A stretch of 64,000 nt of DNA, taken from NCBI GenBank assembly GCA_963745035.1, contig CAVUVW010000016.1, forward strand, positions 32,001-96,000. The letters run 5' to 3'. The notes beneath the pieces are model-generated. The model did no database searches and was not told the DNA's origin. It saw nothing but the letters and a program-made list of their open reading frames with translations. Shown here in pieces: positions 1 to 10,794 of this stretch. Numbering within the stretch: position 1 is the stretch's first letter; each line of letters begins with the position of its first letter. Made by a program: the position numbers and the translations under genes. Origin of the DNA: an uncultured delta proteobacterium (GTDB lineage Bacteria; Desulfobacterota; Binatia; UBA9968).

Positions 1-1
1 G

Positions 2-373
2 GACTCGCAGGATCAGTTGGCCAAGCTCTACCTGGGACTCACTCATATACAGACAGGGGATCGGTCGAGGGGTCTAAAGGAAGTCGAAAGCGGCATGAAA
101 GGAATCTATGACTGGATCGAGTACATGAACCGGACCCAGCCTCACCAAGCTTTTTGGGATCCCTCGTTCCATATTCGCAAACAGATCGATCAGACCTTGG
201 CATCCGTGTCTGCCAAGGATTCCAATCCGCAACAACTGCTTGCCGACGCCGAATGGGTCGGAAAGACGTTCGAGGAAGAACTGGACAAAGTTCGAGACGA
301 CGAGCGCCGGCAATTTCAGCGCGATATGGACCGCCAGCGCGGTTTTGGCATCGGTGTCGGTATCGGGTTCTAA
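2..373 (+). CDS. Hypothetical helical/TPR-like protein, 5' end outside window
   Basis: Frame open from window edge; helical LAKLYLGL motif; C-terminal GFGIGVGIGF. Confidence 0.6.
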   Translation, partial: DSQDQLAKLYLGLTHIQTGDRSRGLKEVESGMKGIYDWIEYMNRTQPHQAFWDPSFHIRKQIDQTLASVSAKDSNPQQLLADAEWVGKTFEEELDKVRDDERRQFQRDMDRQRGFGIGVGIGF

Positions 374-628
374 AAAACAGCGCTATTGAACTTGTGGTAA
401 TAACCATCGCCGAATTGACCGCAAATCCCTTCGCTTCGATATAGCGCTTCTCCCACACTTGCTGGCGGAATCACCTTCATGCTCGTTCGTTCGCGCTGCG
501 CTCGCGTCTGATTGACGGCGCGACCTTGCTTCGGTAAAAGACATGAATTGCCTGAAAATCATTCGTTTGGTTCACGAACAGGCGAGTCGTCTGGCGCGCC
601 GGCCGGCGCACGTTATTTTCTTTGGTTG

Positions 629-644
629 TGGCATTTGCCTTGCG
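629..644 (+). promoter_or_regulatory. Putative sigma-54 promoter of bactofilin gene
   Basis: TGGCAT-TTGCC-TTGCG fits TGGCAC-N5-TTGC, about 60 nt upstream of ATG 705. Confidence 0.55.
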
Positions 645-704
645 TGAGTGCTTCATTTTCTCGTCGCTTCGCAAAATATCCGTTGTTTAGCACAGGGAGG
701 ATTT

Positions 705-1203
705 ATGGCGCTTTGGAATCCAACGACAGCAGAGGGCAATCACGAAAAGCCGACCGCCGCGCCAGCCGGCGCGCCGCAAGCGACTGCCATCCCCGTGGCC
801 AGAGAAGGCGCATCGCGGGGCCGTCGCGAATCCGTGCTCGGCGCCGGAGTCACCATCGAGGGCAAAATCGAGGGGGACGCAGACGTGCGCATCGCGGGGA
901 AGTTTAAAGGAGAGATTCAAATCAAGGGAGACTTGATCATCGAAAGAGGCGCCCGGCTCGCGGCGAAGGTGAGCGCGGCCAACGTAACTCTCGGCGGCGA
1001 GCTGGACGGAAACGTCGCCGCCCGGGCAGATCAAGATTTTGGAATCCGCCCAGATGATCGGTGATCTGAAAGCCAACACCTTGACCGTCGCCGCCGGCTC
1101 GCGCATGCGCGGCCATGTCGAGTGCGGCTGGAATGCAACGGAGACGGGAAAGCTCTTGAACGGTCAAGCGCACGACAATGATAAGAACCGGCCCGGCGGA
1201 TGA
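705..1203 (+). CDS. Bactofilin (polymer-forming cytoskeletal protein); 1-nt frameshift near 1020
   Basis: RBS GGAGG; SVLGAGVTIEGKIEGDADVRIAGKFKGEI beta-helix repeats; continues in another frame GQIKILESAQMIGDLKANTLTVAAGSRMRG to TGA 1201-1203. Confidence 0.85.
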
Positions 1204-1224
1204 ACGCCGGCCGCGCGTCGTCGA

Positions 1225-1989
1225 TCAACTTTCCGAAGCGGCGAGTAATCGGCCCCATCCTTGAACCGGCGGAATAATCTTTGGCCGGACGAGATCATTC
1301 CACACTTCGGCGCTCATGTTGGTGAACGCCGGCTTGCCGAACTCCTCTTCTATCGCGGGGATAACGTGCAGCGACATGGCCGCGCCTCCCGGTACCGAAA
1401 TCGCTTCGGCCTCGGGCCAGGTTCTTGCCGCCTCGCGGCCGACGTCGAGCGCCATTTCCAAGCCTTGTTCCAAACTCATGGCGAAAGAGTCCGACGCCCA
1501 CTGATTGCGCTTCGTGGTGCCCACGACCTCGATGCCGCCGGCCTCGAGGTAGCGCTTGATGGCATCGTTCACCGGGTCCGCCCAGCGGCTGCCGACCGCG
1601 AGCTTGGTCAATCCAAGATGATTCATCGCCGCGATCAGCGCCTCGAGCGGAGCGTCGGCGGCTATGCCGGTCTTCTCTTTCGTTTCGCTGAGCAGTTCGC
1701 GCACCCGCGGACGCGTCAGCATGGCCGAGATCGGCGCGCCGCTGAAGATGATATGATCGACCTTCTCTTTCGCCAGCCGGTCGACGCAGTTCCAGTAGTT
1801 CTTGATCGCTTTCTCGACGCCCTCCTTCGTATAATTCTCCAGCCCGAGGCCCGTGGAGATTTCGATGAAGTCGAGCGGCAGGAGCCGATAGAGCTGATAG
1901 CTGCGCGCGCGCTGGACTTCTTCGTGGGCACGGGGCTGGATCACCCCATAGCGAAAACGCGGCAACAGCTTTTGTACGTAGTCGGTCAT
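1225..1989 (-). CDS. Asp/Glu racemase / maleate isomerase / arylmalonate decarboxylase-fold protein
   Basis: ALIAAMNHLGLTKLAV, YLEAGGIEVV and VIPAIEEEFGKP...GWGRLL family motifs. Confidence 0.75.
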   Translation of the reverse strand: MTDYVQKLLPRFRYGVIQPRAHEEVQRARSYQLYRLLPLDFIEISTGLGLENYTKEGVEKAIKNYWNCVDRLAKEKVDHIIFSGAPISAMLTRPRVRELLSETKEKTGIAADAPLEALIAAMNHLGLTKLAVGSRWADPVNDAIKRYLEAGGIEVVGTTKRNQWASDSFAMSLEQGLEMALDVGREAARTWPEAEAISVPGGAAMSLHVIPAIEEEFGKPAFTNMSAEVWNDLVRPKIIPPVQGWGRLLAASES

Positions 1990-2118
1990 AACGAGAGCTC
2001 CTTCCAGATCATTGGTTTAAAAAATCCGTTAAAGTCGGGCGTACGACGCGCACGTCAAAGCGCAACAATTCTGCGCGTCCCTGCAAGGTCGAACGCGTAT
2101 CGCCGCCAGGCGTTGTCC

Positions 2119-3168
2119 CTAGTTTTCATACAGCCGTTTGACGAAGCCGCTCGCTTCGATCTCCCGCGCGATTTTGTACGAGACGAATTGCTCCGGATCG
2201 GCGCTCTTGGCCGCAGGCGTCGTGCTTGAAAGTTCCGTGAGAATCGTGCGAATCCCCTCCAGGGTCGGGATCGGCAGCGCCAGATATCTGCCCGCGATAT
2301 CGTTGTAGTTGTGCTCCAGCACCTCGCGGTCGTCGTTACGGGTATATTTTTTCAGCACCCCCAGTGCGGCTTCTTTATTGCGCTTGAAGTCGCGGATCGC
2401 TTCGATGTAGGCGAGCATGAATGCCTTAACGGTCGCTTCGTTTTTTTGAAGATACGATCTGGTCGTGCCGATGGCGGAAGTAGGATAATCCAGCCCCAGG
2501 TCGGCGAGATCGCCGAGCTCGCGAAAGCCCGCTTTACGCGCGATCAGCGACGAGGTGCCGGTCGTCACCCCAGCGTCGAGCATCTTGGTTTGCATGGCGC
2601 GGACCGTGTCCTGCGTCGTACCGATTTGCAGAATATTGACGTCGCGCTCGGGATTGAGGCCCCACTTCTTAAGGGCCAGCCGCACCGCGAAATCGGATGT
2701 CGCCCCATAGCGGCTGACGCCCAATTTCTTGCCCTTGAGCTGCGCCGGGCTGGTGATTTCCGGCGCGCTGAAAACTTTGAAGACAAAGCCGTTGACGAGA
2801 GCGGCGATGAGAACCGTGTCGGCTCCCTGCAACGCGGCCTGCACCAAACCGGAACCCGACAGAGAGGAGATTTGCAGATCCTTGGCGATCAGCGCTCGCA
2901 ACGAGACCGATCCGGTGCCCATGCCGACCAGCACCACATCGAGACCCTGCTTCTCGAATAGTTTCGTTTCCTTGGCAAACCCCAGTACCGCAACGCCGCC
3001 GTCGGTGGAACCATAACCGATGACGACTTTAACCGGCGGCTTGCCCTGCCCCGCCAGCGCGCTCTGCGCACGGAGCAAAAGAAAAAGAACGGCAAGCGCC
3101 GCAAGCAGCAGTCCGCCAAAACGCTGCGGCAGCCGAGGGCGATGCGATCCGAGGCGAGAAATGGTCAT
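2119..3168 (-). CDS. ABC-type substrate-binding protein, SsuA/THI5/NMT1-like
   Basis: Signal peptide; LFEKQGLDV, LKGKKLGVSRYGATSD, GLNPERDV motifs. Confidence 0.85.
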   Translation of the reverse strand: MTISRLGSHRPRLPQRFGGLLLAALAVLFLLLRAQSALAGQGKPPVKVVIGYGSTDGGVAVLGFAKETKLFEKQGLDVVLVGMGTGSVSLRALIAKDLQISSLSGSGLVQAALQGADTVLIAALVNGFVFKVFSAPEITSPAQLKGKKLGVSRYGATSDFAVRLALKKWGLNPERDVNILQIGTTQDTVRAMQTKMLDAGVTTGTSSLIARKAGFRELGDLADLGLDYPTSAIGTTRSYLQKNEATVKAFMLAYIEAIRDFKRNKEAALGVLKKYTRNDDREVLEHNYNDIAGRYLALPIPTLEGIRTILTELSSTTPAAKSADPEQFVSYKIAREIEASGFVKRLYEN

Positions 3169-3413
3169 ATTTTCACGCCGACATTTGGCAAAGCTGCGTT
3201 TGCCGTGTGGATGTTACCAATCTCCGCCGAACGTATTCGTTGATCTGCTCGCTGTCAAATTAAACGGATCGGCTCATTGAGTTGGAGCAAAAGCGAGGAT
3301 GGGATTGTTGGAGGACACTTTTCGTCCTACCCGTCTGAACGCTTTAAACGAGTCGGAGGATTCTGCGTCGTGCCGAGTTATCGACTTATTGGCGCGCGCC
3401 GGTCCATAAAACT

Positions 3414-4541
3414 TCAGGCCAAGCTTGCCAGCAGCGGTTTGAGAGCGGTGGCGACGCCTTGGGCGATGCGGTGCATGCCGAGATCGTTGGGATGCACGGT
3501 ATCCGTGACGAGGAGATAGAGCGGGTCGTCGACCATCGATAAGCCGTCGAGGAAGTGCAGGTTCCGGTCGGTCCTTTGACGCTCGCGGACTACGCGGATG
3601 ATCGCTTCGCGGTAGGCCTGGGGCATTTCGCCGTTCTGGTTTCCGCCCGTCAGATCCAATCGATTCAAGATTGGCGTGATGCAAAGGATCGGCTTGGACG
3701 GGGCGGCGGCGCGAATTGTTTCAAGATAGGCGTCGTATTTCTTTTCGTACTGAGCCGCGGTCTCCGGTTTCCCGGCCGAATCGGCGCCGGCCAGGGAATT
3801 GGCTCCGAGCATGATCGTGAGAATGTCCCAATCTTCGCGCGCCGCGATAGTTTGGGCCACGATGTTATCGGCCCAAGCTGTCCCGCCGAAACCGTAATTG
3901 AGCGGCACACAGCCGACTTTATCCGCCACCTGCGAGACGTAAGTTTCCCGCGGGCTGGTGACGCCGTGACCGTGGGTGATCGAATCGCCGTGAAACAACA
4001 CGCGCGGCCGGTTGTCCGGCGCCGGGCGCGAGAGTTTTGCGTCGCGCTCGATGCCGACGGCGTGAATGATGAGTTCGGCGTTGCGATAGTAGAACGGCAA
4101 CAGGACCTTGATCTCGGCTTCGCCGGAAAGCGCGCGGTCGTCGTAGATCGTCACATCCTGCTGCGTGAAAACGGTCAACGCCGGAACGCTGGCGACGTAT
4201 TTGCCGTCGCGGTAGAGGGAGAAGAACGACGGCCGAGACCTTTCCCACGCGACCGCAGGACCCGCGGGGCTATCCCCGGAATCGATGAACGTGACGCGCA
4301 AGACCAGCTTCTTCGCATCAGTGCGAAAGCGCAAAGTCACGCCCGCCGCCGACATGCCGCGCCAAGCGGTGCGCGGCGGCCACCGGTCGCGCCAAACTTT
4401 CGGCACGCGCACGGGCTGAAGTCCGCCGTCGCGCGCTTCCCAGTCGGCGACATTCAACCACTCGAACCGCTCGTCGCGCACGTCAAGCCATTGAAGCGTC
4501 GCGTCTAGTTTTGTTTCCATGTTTTTTTCCCGCCCGGTCAT
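3414..4541 (-). CDS. SGNH/GDSL hydrolase
   Basis: FHGDSITHG block I, NYGFGG, GANS, DTVHPND block V. Confidence 0.85.
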   Translation of the reverse strand: MTGREKNMETKLDATLQWLDVRDERFEWLNVADWEARDGGLQPVRVPKVWRDRWPPRTAWRGMSAAGVTLRFRTDAKKLVLRVTFIDSGDSPAGPAVAWERSRPSFFSLYRDGKYVASVPALTVFTQQDVTIYDDRALSGEAEIKVLLPFYYRNAELIIHAVGIERDAKLSRPAPDNRPRVLFHGDSITHGHGVTSPRETYVSQVADKVGCVPLNYGFGGTAWADNIVAQTIAAREDWDILTIMLGANSLAGADSAGKPETAAQYEKKYDAYLETIRAAAPSKPILCITPILNRLDLTGGNQNGEMPQAYREAIIRVVRERQRTDRNLHFLDGLSMVDDPLYLLVTDTVHPNDLGMHRIAQGVATALKPLLASLA

Positions 4542-5582
4542 GCGCCGAGGTGGGGCATGACTTTGGTCGCGAACAGTTCGATGGAGCGCATCACCTGCTC
4601 ATGCTTCAAACCGCCGAAGCTGAACATACCGACCAGGCAGTCCGGTTGCGCGGTCGCGATCATCTCGCGAGCTTTTTTAACCACCGTAGTCGGGACTGCC
4701 GATCAGCGAGGTGCCCCATTCATCAAGCCGTTTGACCGTAAGTCCGCCGGGGAAATAGGGGAAGCGCTCGGTGAATTTTGGGAGATCGTCCGGAGAAAGA
4801 GTATCGCCGCGCCAAAAGTTATCGGTCGCGAGCTGCCAAAAGCGAGTGATCTCCGGCGGCGCTTCCTGCCACGCTCGCTCGTCGCTGTCGGCGACGTAAA
4901 TATCGCGCACCATGATCGCGTTGCCTGTCCCTTGAAGCTCAGGGTGCTTGGCGCGCTCTTCGCGATAAGCTTTGATCGCTTTGGCGCAGTTCGCCAACGG
5001 CTGGCGCGACAGCGCGAGGTTCCAACCGCGACGCGCGACCATGGCGGGGCTGTCGGGCGAAGTGGCGCCATAGTAGATCGGCGGATGGGGTTTTTGCAGC
5101 GGCCGCGGCCGGCACGTGATGTCGATGTAGTTCCAGGCCTTGCCGCTGTACGTGAAAGTGTCTTCGGTCCAGGAGCGCATCAGAATCTCGATGCCTTCTT
5201 CGAAGCGCGCTTGCGCCGTGTCCCGATCGAGACCGTGCTTCAAGTCGTCGCGCGGCACGCCGCGGCCCAAACCGACGTTCAACCGTCCGCTCGTGAGGAT
5301 ATCCAGCATGCCGCACTCTTCGGCGAGACGCATGGGATCGTAGAGCGGCAGGACGTTGACGAGATTGCCCATGCGCAGGCGCTGGGTGCGCGGCGCGAGC
5401 GCGGCGATGATCAGATTGGGCGACGCGAGCATGCCGTAATCCGAGTGATGATGCTCGGCGAACCAGGCGTCGTCGAAGCCCATTCGCTCGGTCAGCAGTA
5501 TCTGTTCGAGCAATTCCTCGAAAGCCTGTTTCTCCGGCACCCAAGGCCGTGCCTGGTTATAACTGAAAGTGCCAAAGCGCAT
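4538..5582 (-). CDS. LLM-class flavin-dependent oxidoreductase; frameshift near 4690
   Basis: GFDDAWFAEHH, PMRLAEE..LD.L..GRL.VGLGRG, PRPLQKPHPPI; tail SIELFATKVMPHL in shifted frame, stop overlaps next ATG. Confidence 0.88.
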
Positions 5583-5635
5583 GCGTTATTCCTCCGGTAT
5601 CCCGTCAACTAAGTACTCAAACAGCCAAGCTGTAG

Positions 5636-5795
5636 TTTACCACGAAGCGATTCATGATCTTACGCTCGCCTGCAGATGAAGTAAGCAGAGTTTTCCGGCA
5701 CGATTCTCCCGCTACTCGTCATTCCCGCGGACGCGGGATCCAGGTTGTTTTCGCGAATTAGTCTGGCTACCCGCTTTCGCGGGTATGACGGAAAC
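5636..5795. repeat. Composite REP-like palindromic repeat, copy A
   Basis: GTCATTCCCGCG-GA-CGCGGGATCCAG...CTGGCTACCCGCTTTCGCGGGTATGAC preceded by CCACGAA..TTCATG..GATGAA module; homologous to copies at 55.6 and 62.2/63.3 kb. Confidence 0.75.
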
Positions 5796-5868
5796 GCTGC
5801 GGTTTACTACAGTACTCCGGGTTCTTCATTTCATAATTCATTCGCCGCTCGGTATTTTCGAGGGTGCG

Positions 5869-6353
5869 CTATATGCCGAGCCAGGTCTGGATCGCGCCGG
5901 CCTCGAATTGGATGTGCACCAAGCGCTGAAACAGCAGATAGAAAAACACCCAAGTAAGCCGGTGAGCGCGAGCGAGTGAATCCAACTTGTTGCGCTTTGA
6001 AATTTCAGAAAGAAAAAAATGAAGATCGGCACCGTCAACGGAAAACCGATCAGGTAGACGAACATGATGAAGCCGGCGATCCACGCGAAGATAACACAGG
6101 CGCGGCGGCGCGCGGCGCCGTCCGAGACTTCAGCGGAAAACTCCGCCTCCAGCGCCGGCCCTTTGGTGATTTCCTGCGCTCCGAAAAATTCCAGATAGAG
6201 ATGGAGCAGCACCAGTATCAGGATCGGGATGGCCGTGGCCAATGGAAATAATTTGGCCTTGAACGTCCAGCCCGACGCCGCGAAGATCGCGTAGCCCGCG
6301 ACCAGGAGCAGGAACGCGCTGAAGTAGAGGTGGCCTTTTCTGTTATTCATCAA
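5869..6353 (-). CDS. tctB: Tripartite tricarboxylate transporter small subunit; frameshift near 5960
   Basis: Four TM segments, AKLFPL motif, directly downstream of TctA. Confidence 0.75.
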
Positions 6354-7857
6354 TCACCGCCGCCGGCCCACGCGGGCTTCTCGCGCACAAAGGGATAGAC
6401 GATGACCACGACCATGAGAACGATCAGCACGAGCACCAGCGGATGCGCCAGCCAGGCAAAGCCGTAGCGCGCCACGGAAATGAACAGATAGGTTTCGACG
6501 AGCTTGCCGAGCACCAGCCCGAGCACGAGCGGCGGGCGCGGCCAACCCCAAAGCACCATGAGATAGCCGAGCACGCCGAAGCAAAAAGTGACGATCAAAT
6601 CGGCGATATGACGGTTGGCGGTGTAGCTGCCGACGAAGACGAGCAACAGGACAAAGGGAATGATCAGATCCGCCCCGGATATATGTCACCTTGGCGAGTT
6701 GGTCGAGCACGGCGAGCGACAACACGACGGTGATGATGTTGGCGATGACCAGAGTCCAAACCATCGAGTAGGTCACCGCCAGATGCTTGCTCAGCATGTC
6801 GGGGCCGGGCACCAATCCCATGATCATGAATCCGCCGAGCAGAATCGCCATGGCGCCGCTGCCCGGCACGCCGAAAGCGATGGTCGGCACGAGATCGCCG
6901 CCTTCTTTGGAATTGTTCGCCGCGCCGGGCCCGAGCACGCCGCGCACATCTCCCTTGCCGAAGCGCTCGCGGTCCTTGGCGTCTTTCGCGCTCTGCACGG
7001 CATGGGCGTAAGCCATCCATTGGGCGACGCCGCCGCCGGCGCCGGGCATGATGCCGACGAATACGCCGACCGCCGAGCAGCGAAATACCAGCCAGAAGTG
7101 GCGGAAGGTATCTTTGATGCCTTCGACCACACCGCGGCTCAAATTTGCCGCGGGACGGTCGCCGGCGATGGATGTGCCGCGCACCGCGAGATCGACCAAC
7201 TCCGGAATCGCGAAGATGCCCACCAACACGGGCACGAGATCGAGCCCTTCCCACAGGTACAAAAGCCCCATGTCGAATCGGAGCGAGCCCGACTGGCGCT
7301 CCTGGCCGATGGTCGAAAGCAACAGGCCGAGCAAGCCCATGGCGAAGCCGCGGATCTGACCGCGCACGCTCAGAGCCGCTGAGCGAGGTGATGCAGGCGA
7401 TGCCGATCATGGAGAGCAGGAACAACTCCGGCGACCCAAAGGTGAGCACCAGCGGGCGGACGATCGGGATCGCGAGCGCCAGAGCGACGGCGCCGATCAA
7501 CGCGCCGACGAGAGAACTCATCAGCGCCGCGCCGAGCGCGCGGCCGGCTTCGCCGTTTTTCGCCATCGGATAACCGTCAACCACGGTGGCGGCGGAAAGT
7601 CCCTCGCCGGGCACGCCGAAAAGTATCGAGGTGATATCGCCCGTGGTCGCGGCCACGGAATGCATTCCTAGCAAGAAAGCGAAGGCTTCGGCGGGAGCCA
7701 TCTTGAAGACGAACGGAATCATCAAGGCGAGAGTCGCCGCGCCGCCGATGCCGGGAAGCAAGCCGACGCAAAAACCGAGAGCCATGCCGACCAGCATCAA
7801 GCTGAAGGCTTTCCACTGGAGAACGAGAAAAAGGCCGTCGATGAAGGCGTCGAGCAT
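6350..7857 (-). CDS. tctA: Tripartite tricarboxylate transporter large permease; frameshifts near 7370 and 6670
   Basis: GLLPGIGG, ILFGVPG, DGYPMAKNGEAGRALG, AANNSKEGG, PTIAFGVPG, WPRPPLVLG motifs across three frames. Confidence 0.9.
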
Positions 7858-8080
7858 CGATTTAGCGCTTTTCGTTGCGGCTGATTAACCGATCGAATTC
7901 GACAAAGACCGGCGCGACTATAGATTCAAGCATGCAAGTCCGTTCAAGGTGTTCTTAAGTCAGTCGAGCCGTTGACTCTTGAACTTTGAAACGAAGAACA
8001 GCCAAGTTTTGTTGACCCGTTGTCGAGGCGGTGTTAAGACAGTCGCGACAACGTGCTGGCGCTTCGCAGAGGAGAACATC

Positions 8081-8884
8081 ATGGCAAAACTCGTTCTGGC
8101 CGCCGGTGTGCCGCATCCGCCGCGCCTGGTTTTCGAAATGCAGCAGTCGCCCGGCAAAGTGCGCGGCGAAGCATTGATGAAGCAGGTGCGCGAGCAAGTG
8201 GAAAAAGCCGAGCCCGATCTCATCATCGAAGTGGACAGCGATCATTTCGTCAATTTTTTCTACAACAATCTGCCGTCGTTTTGCATCGGCATGGCCGAAG
8301 AGGCGCAGGGGCCTCAGGAAGACTGGTGCCCGATGCCGCGCTACACCGTGCGCGGCCACGTGCCGTTTGCCAAGGCGCTTTTTCAATACGGCGTGCATGA
8401 CAAGTTCGATTTCGCCGCGGCGCACGAGCTGCGGCTCGATCATTCCTTGACGGTGCCGCTTCACTTTCTCAATCCTGAGATGCGGCTTCCGGTCGTGCCG
8501 ATTTACACCAACGGCTTCGCATCGCCGCTGCCGCTCGCGACGCGCTGCGTGGCGCTCGGCCGCATGGTGCGGCGCTTCATCGACGCCTGGGAAGGGAAAG
8601 AGCGCATCGCGCTCATCGCCAGCGGCTGCTTCGCCATGGACGTCGGCGGTCCGCTGCGCGGTTGGGTCGATACCGAGTGGGCGGAGACGATTTCAAAACT
8701 GTTGATGCGCGGTCAGTACCAGACGCTCGCACGGCGCGCCACCGAAGAGCGCATCAACGCGGCGGGAAACAACAGCGGCGAGCTGCTCAACTGGATCACC
8801 GTGGCCGGCGCGGTCGGCAAGACCAAGCCGCTATTTTTGGAAGGCGACGACGGCAACGGCTATGCGGTGTGGAAATTCGAGTAG
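8081..8884 (+). CDS. LigB-type (class III) extradiol dioxygenase beta-subunit-like protein
   Basis: GVPHPP, DSDHFVNFF..NLPSFCIG, LDHSLTVPL, GELLNW; RBS GGAG. Confidence 0.8.
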   Translation: MAKLVLAAGVPHPPRLVFEMQQSPGKVRGEALMKQVREQVEKAEPDLIIEVDSDHFVNFFYNNLPSFCIGMAEEAQGPQEDWCPMPRYTVRGHVPFAKALFQYGVHDKFDFAAAHELRLDHSLTVPLHFLNPEMRLPVVPIYTNGFASPLPLATRCVALGRMVRRFIDAWEGKERIALIASGCFAMDVGGPLRGWVDTEWAETISKLLMRGQYQTLARRATEERINAAGNNSGELLNWITVAGAVGKTKPLFLEGDDGNGYAVWKFE

Positions 8885-8963
8885 CGAATTTTTTGGTGTT
8901 GGATTTTACCGGTCCAATAATTGAGATGATGCGAATACCTCTCAGTGCTACAGTTCACCAGGA

Positions 8964-9044
8964 TGTCATGCTGAGCAAAAGCGAAGCATCTGCTTTTTCC
9001 AGAGCGTACAGAAGCAGATTCTTCGGCTGCGCCTCAAAATGACA
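8964..9044. repeat. REP-like palindromic element between ligB- and ligA-like genes
   Basis: TGTCATGCTGAGC...GCGAAGCATCTGCT / AGCAGATTCTTCGG...CTCAAAATGACA inverted arms. Confidence 0.65.
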
Positions 9045-9088
9045 TTCTGACACAGCCTTCGAGTGCGAGAGTGAAGGGTGAGCGCGTT

Positions 9089-9406
9089 ATGAGCGTCTAC
9101 CAAGTCAACAAGCTGCTCTATTTGACGGACAACGATCTGGCATTCCGCAAGCGCATGCTGGAAGAGCCCGAGAAGGTGATCGGCGAATTCAGCCTGACTC
9201 AAGAAGAGCGCGACGCGTTGACTTCAGGCGCGGTGGGTAAGCTTTATCAGATGGGCGTGCACACTTTTCTGCTGAACCATCTCTACCGCTACGAGCTGTT
9301 CGGGGTGAACCGGGACAACTACTTGACGCGCATTCGCGAAGGCATGGCCTACGACCCGCGCTTCGAGCAGGGCAACATGCCGGTGCAGCGGTTTATCAAA
9401 AAATAA
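9089..9406 (+). CDS. LigA-like aromatic ring-opening dioxygenase small subunit
   Basis: MSVYQVNKLL...FSLTQEERDAL..G.VGKLYQMGVHTFLL; follows LigB-like gene. Confidence 0.75.
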   Translation: MSVYQVNKLLYLTDNDLAFRKRMLEEPEKVIGEFSLTQEERDALTSGAVGKLYQMGVHTFLLNHLYRYELFGVNRDNYLTRIREGMAYDPRFEQGNMPVQRFIKK

Positions 9407-9427
9407 CATCGAAATTTCGGCGCCGGC

Positions 9428-9512
9428 TGAACGGTTTGAGCTCGATGAACTGTTCGTGATTAAGCGGAACCGTTCGTTCAAAAAGTTCAAACCGTTCAAG
9501 CCGTTCAAAACG
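9428..9512. repeat. GTTCAA ~9-nt-period tandem/inverted repeat
   Basis: AAGTTCAAACCGTTCAAGCCGTTCAAAACG with upstream TGAACGGTTTGAG; same family at 47.8 and 50.7 kb. Confidence 0.65.
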
Positions 9513-9533
9513 CCGGTCTCAGAGCGGTGAAGT

Positions 9534-10547
9534 TCAGCTCTCCGCTTTGATGTATTTGCCCATTTCCTTCAACGTCTCGGGCGTCTGATTGAGCAGCGCG
9601 TTGAAGTCTTTTTGTACCTGTTCGTGCGAGATCAACTGCATGTCGATCTTGGCTTTCTTCGCTTCGGCCAAGAGTTCCGGATCTTTGAGCGCTTTGGCGA
9701 AGGCGTCGCGCAAAATCGCCACGCGATCCGCCGGTGTGCCCGGTGCGGCCGCGAAAGCGCGGCCAATCGCGAGCGGCAGCGCCTTGATCGACATGAGCGA
9801 TTTGCCGAGCGGGCTGGTCGCGAGACTTTCATCGGTCGGTAGATTCTCAAATCCGGGCACCGGGGTGCGTCCGCGCACCAGCGGTCGCACCGCGCCGCGA
9901 TCGGCGGCGAGCTTGATCGTCGTGCCGAGCGCCGACCACGCGTCCACTTCCTTGCGCTCGATCGCCAAAAGGACATCGCTGTTGGCCGGGTAACCGGAGA
10001 CGAGCTTCAATTTCAGCCCGGCGAATTCCTTGAGCAGCAGCGGAAAGTCGTGGGCGTTGGAGCCCGGCCCGGTGGTGCCGGCGACCAGCTCTTTTTCGGC
10101 TTTCTTCAAATCGTCGATGCTCTTGTAGGGCAGGTCCGAACGGATGGAAAACATCACGCCGTCGGCCCCTGAGGAGCCGAGCCATTGAAACTTGTTTACG
10201 TCGAAGCGCACCTGTTCCACCTTCGAGAGCTGGGCGATGGCGACATTGGGATTCGCCGCGAGAATCGTCAGGCCATCGGGCTTGGAAATGTTGAAGACGT
10301 TGTTGGTCGCGAGCAGATGCGCGGCCCCGGGCATATGTTGCACAATCACCGTGGGCTTGCCGGGGATGTATTTGCCCAGATGATGCGCTACGACTTGCGA
10401 GGCGATCTCCAGACTGCCACTCTTAGCGCCGATCATAATCGTCAGCGTCTTGCCTTCGTAAAAGTTTGCTTGGCTCCAGCCGAGCCCAGCCGGCAATATC
10501 AACCACGCAAAAATGGCGAGAACTGTGAGTCTTTGAATTTGTTTCAT
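9534..10547 (-). CDS. TctC/Bug-family tripartite transporter substrate-binding protein
   Basis: Signal peptide, FYEGKTL, HLGKYIPGKPTVIVQHMPGA, KPDGLT, PGTPADRVAILRDAF. Confidence 0.88.
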   Translation of the reverse strand: MKQIQRLTVLAIFAWLILPAGLGWSQANFYEGKTLTIMIGAKSGSLEIASQVVAHHLGKYIPGKPTVIVQHMPGAAHLLATNNVFNISKPDGLTILAANPNVAIAQLSKVEQVRFDVNKFQWLGSSGADGVMFSIRSDLPYKSIDDLKKAEKELVAGTTGPGSNAHDFPLLLKEFAGLKLKLVSGYPANSDVLLAIERKEVDAWSALGTTIKLAADRGAVRPLVRGRTPVPGFENLPTDESLATSPLGKSLMSIKALPLAIGRAFAAAPGTPADRVAILRDAFAKALKDPELLAEAKKAKIDMQLISHEQVQKDFNALLNQTPETLKEMGKYIKAES

Positions 10548-10794
10548 ACTTGCCTCCTCCAAGATTTAGTGGATCCGCAAAGCACTATAGATGTCCGCCG
10601 TACCTCCTTTAAGCCGCCGCAAAGGTATTTCATCGGCCGCCCGCGAGTCAAGACCATATTCCTTTATTGGCTCGTGCCGAGAATCTGGCTCATGTGGGTC
10701 AGGCCCAAACGGGCTGTCGGAGACGAGCGCGATCCGAAGTCTTGCATTGACGCGTCGGTTTGCGTTAATCAAAGACGAGAGCGGAGTTAACGAG

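Noticed and set aside
6350-7857. Programmed frameshifting in tctA and other split genes
   Set aside because: No consistent slippery motifs; indels are scattered across unrelated genes.
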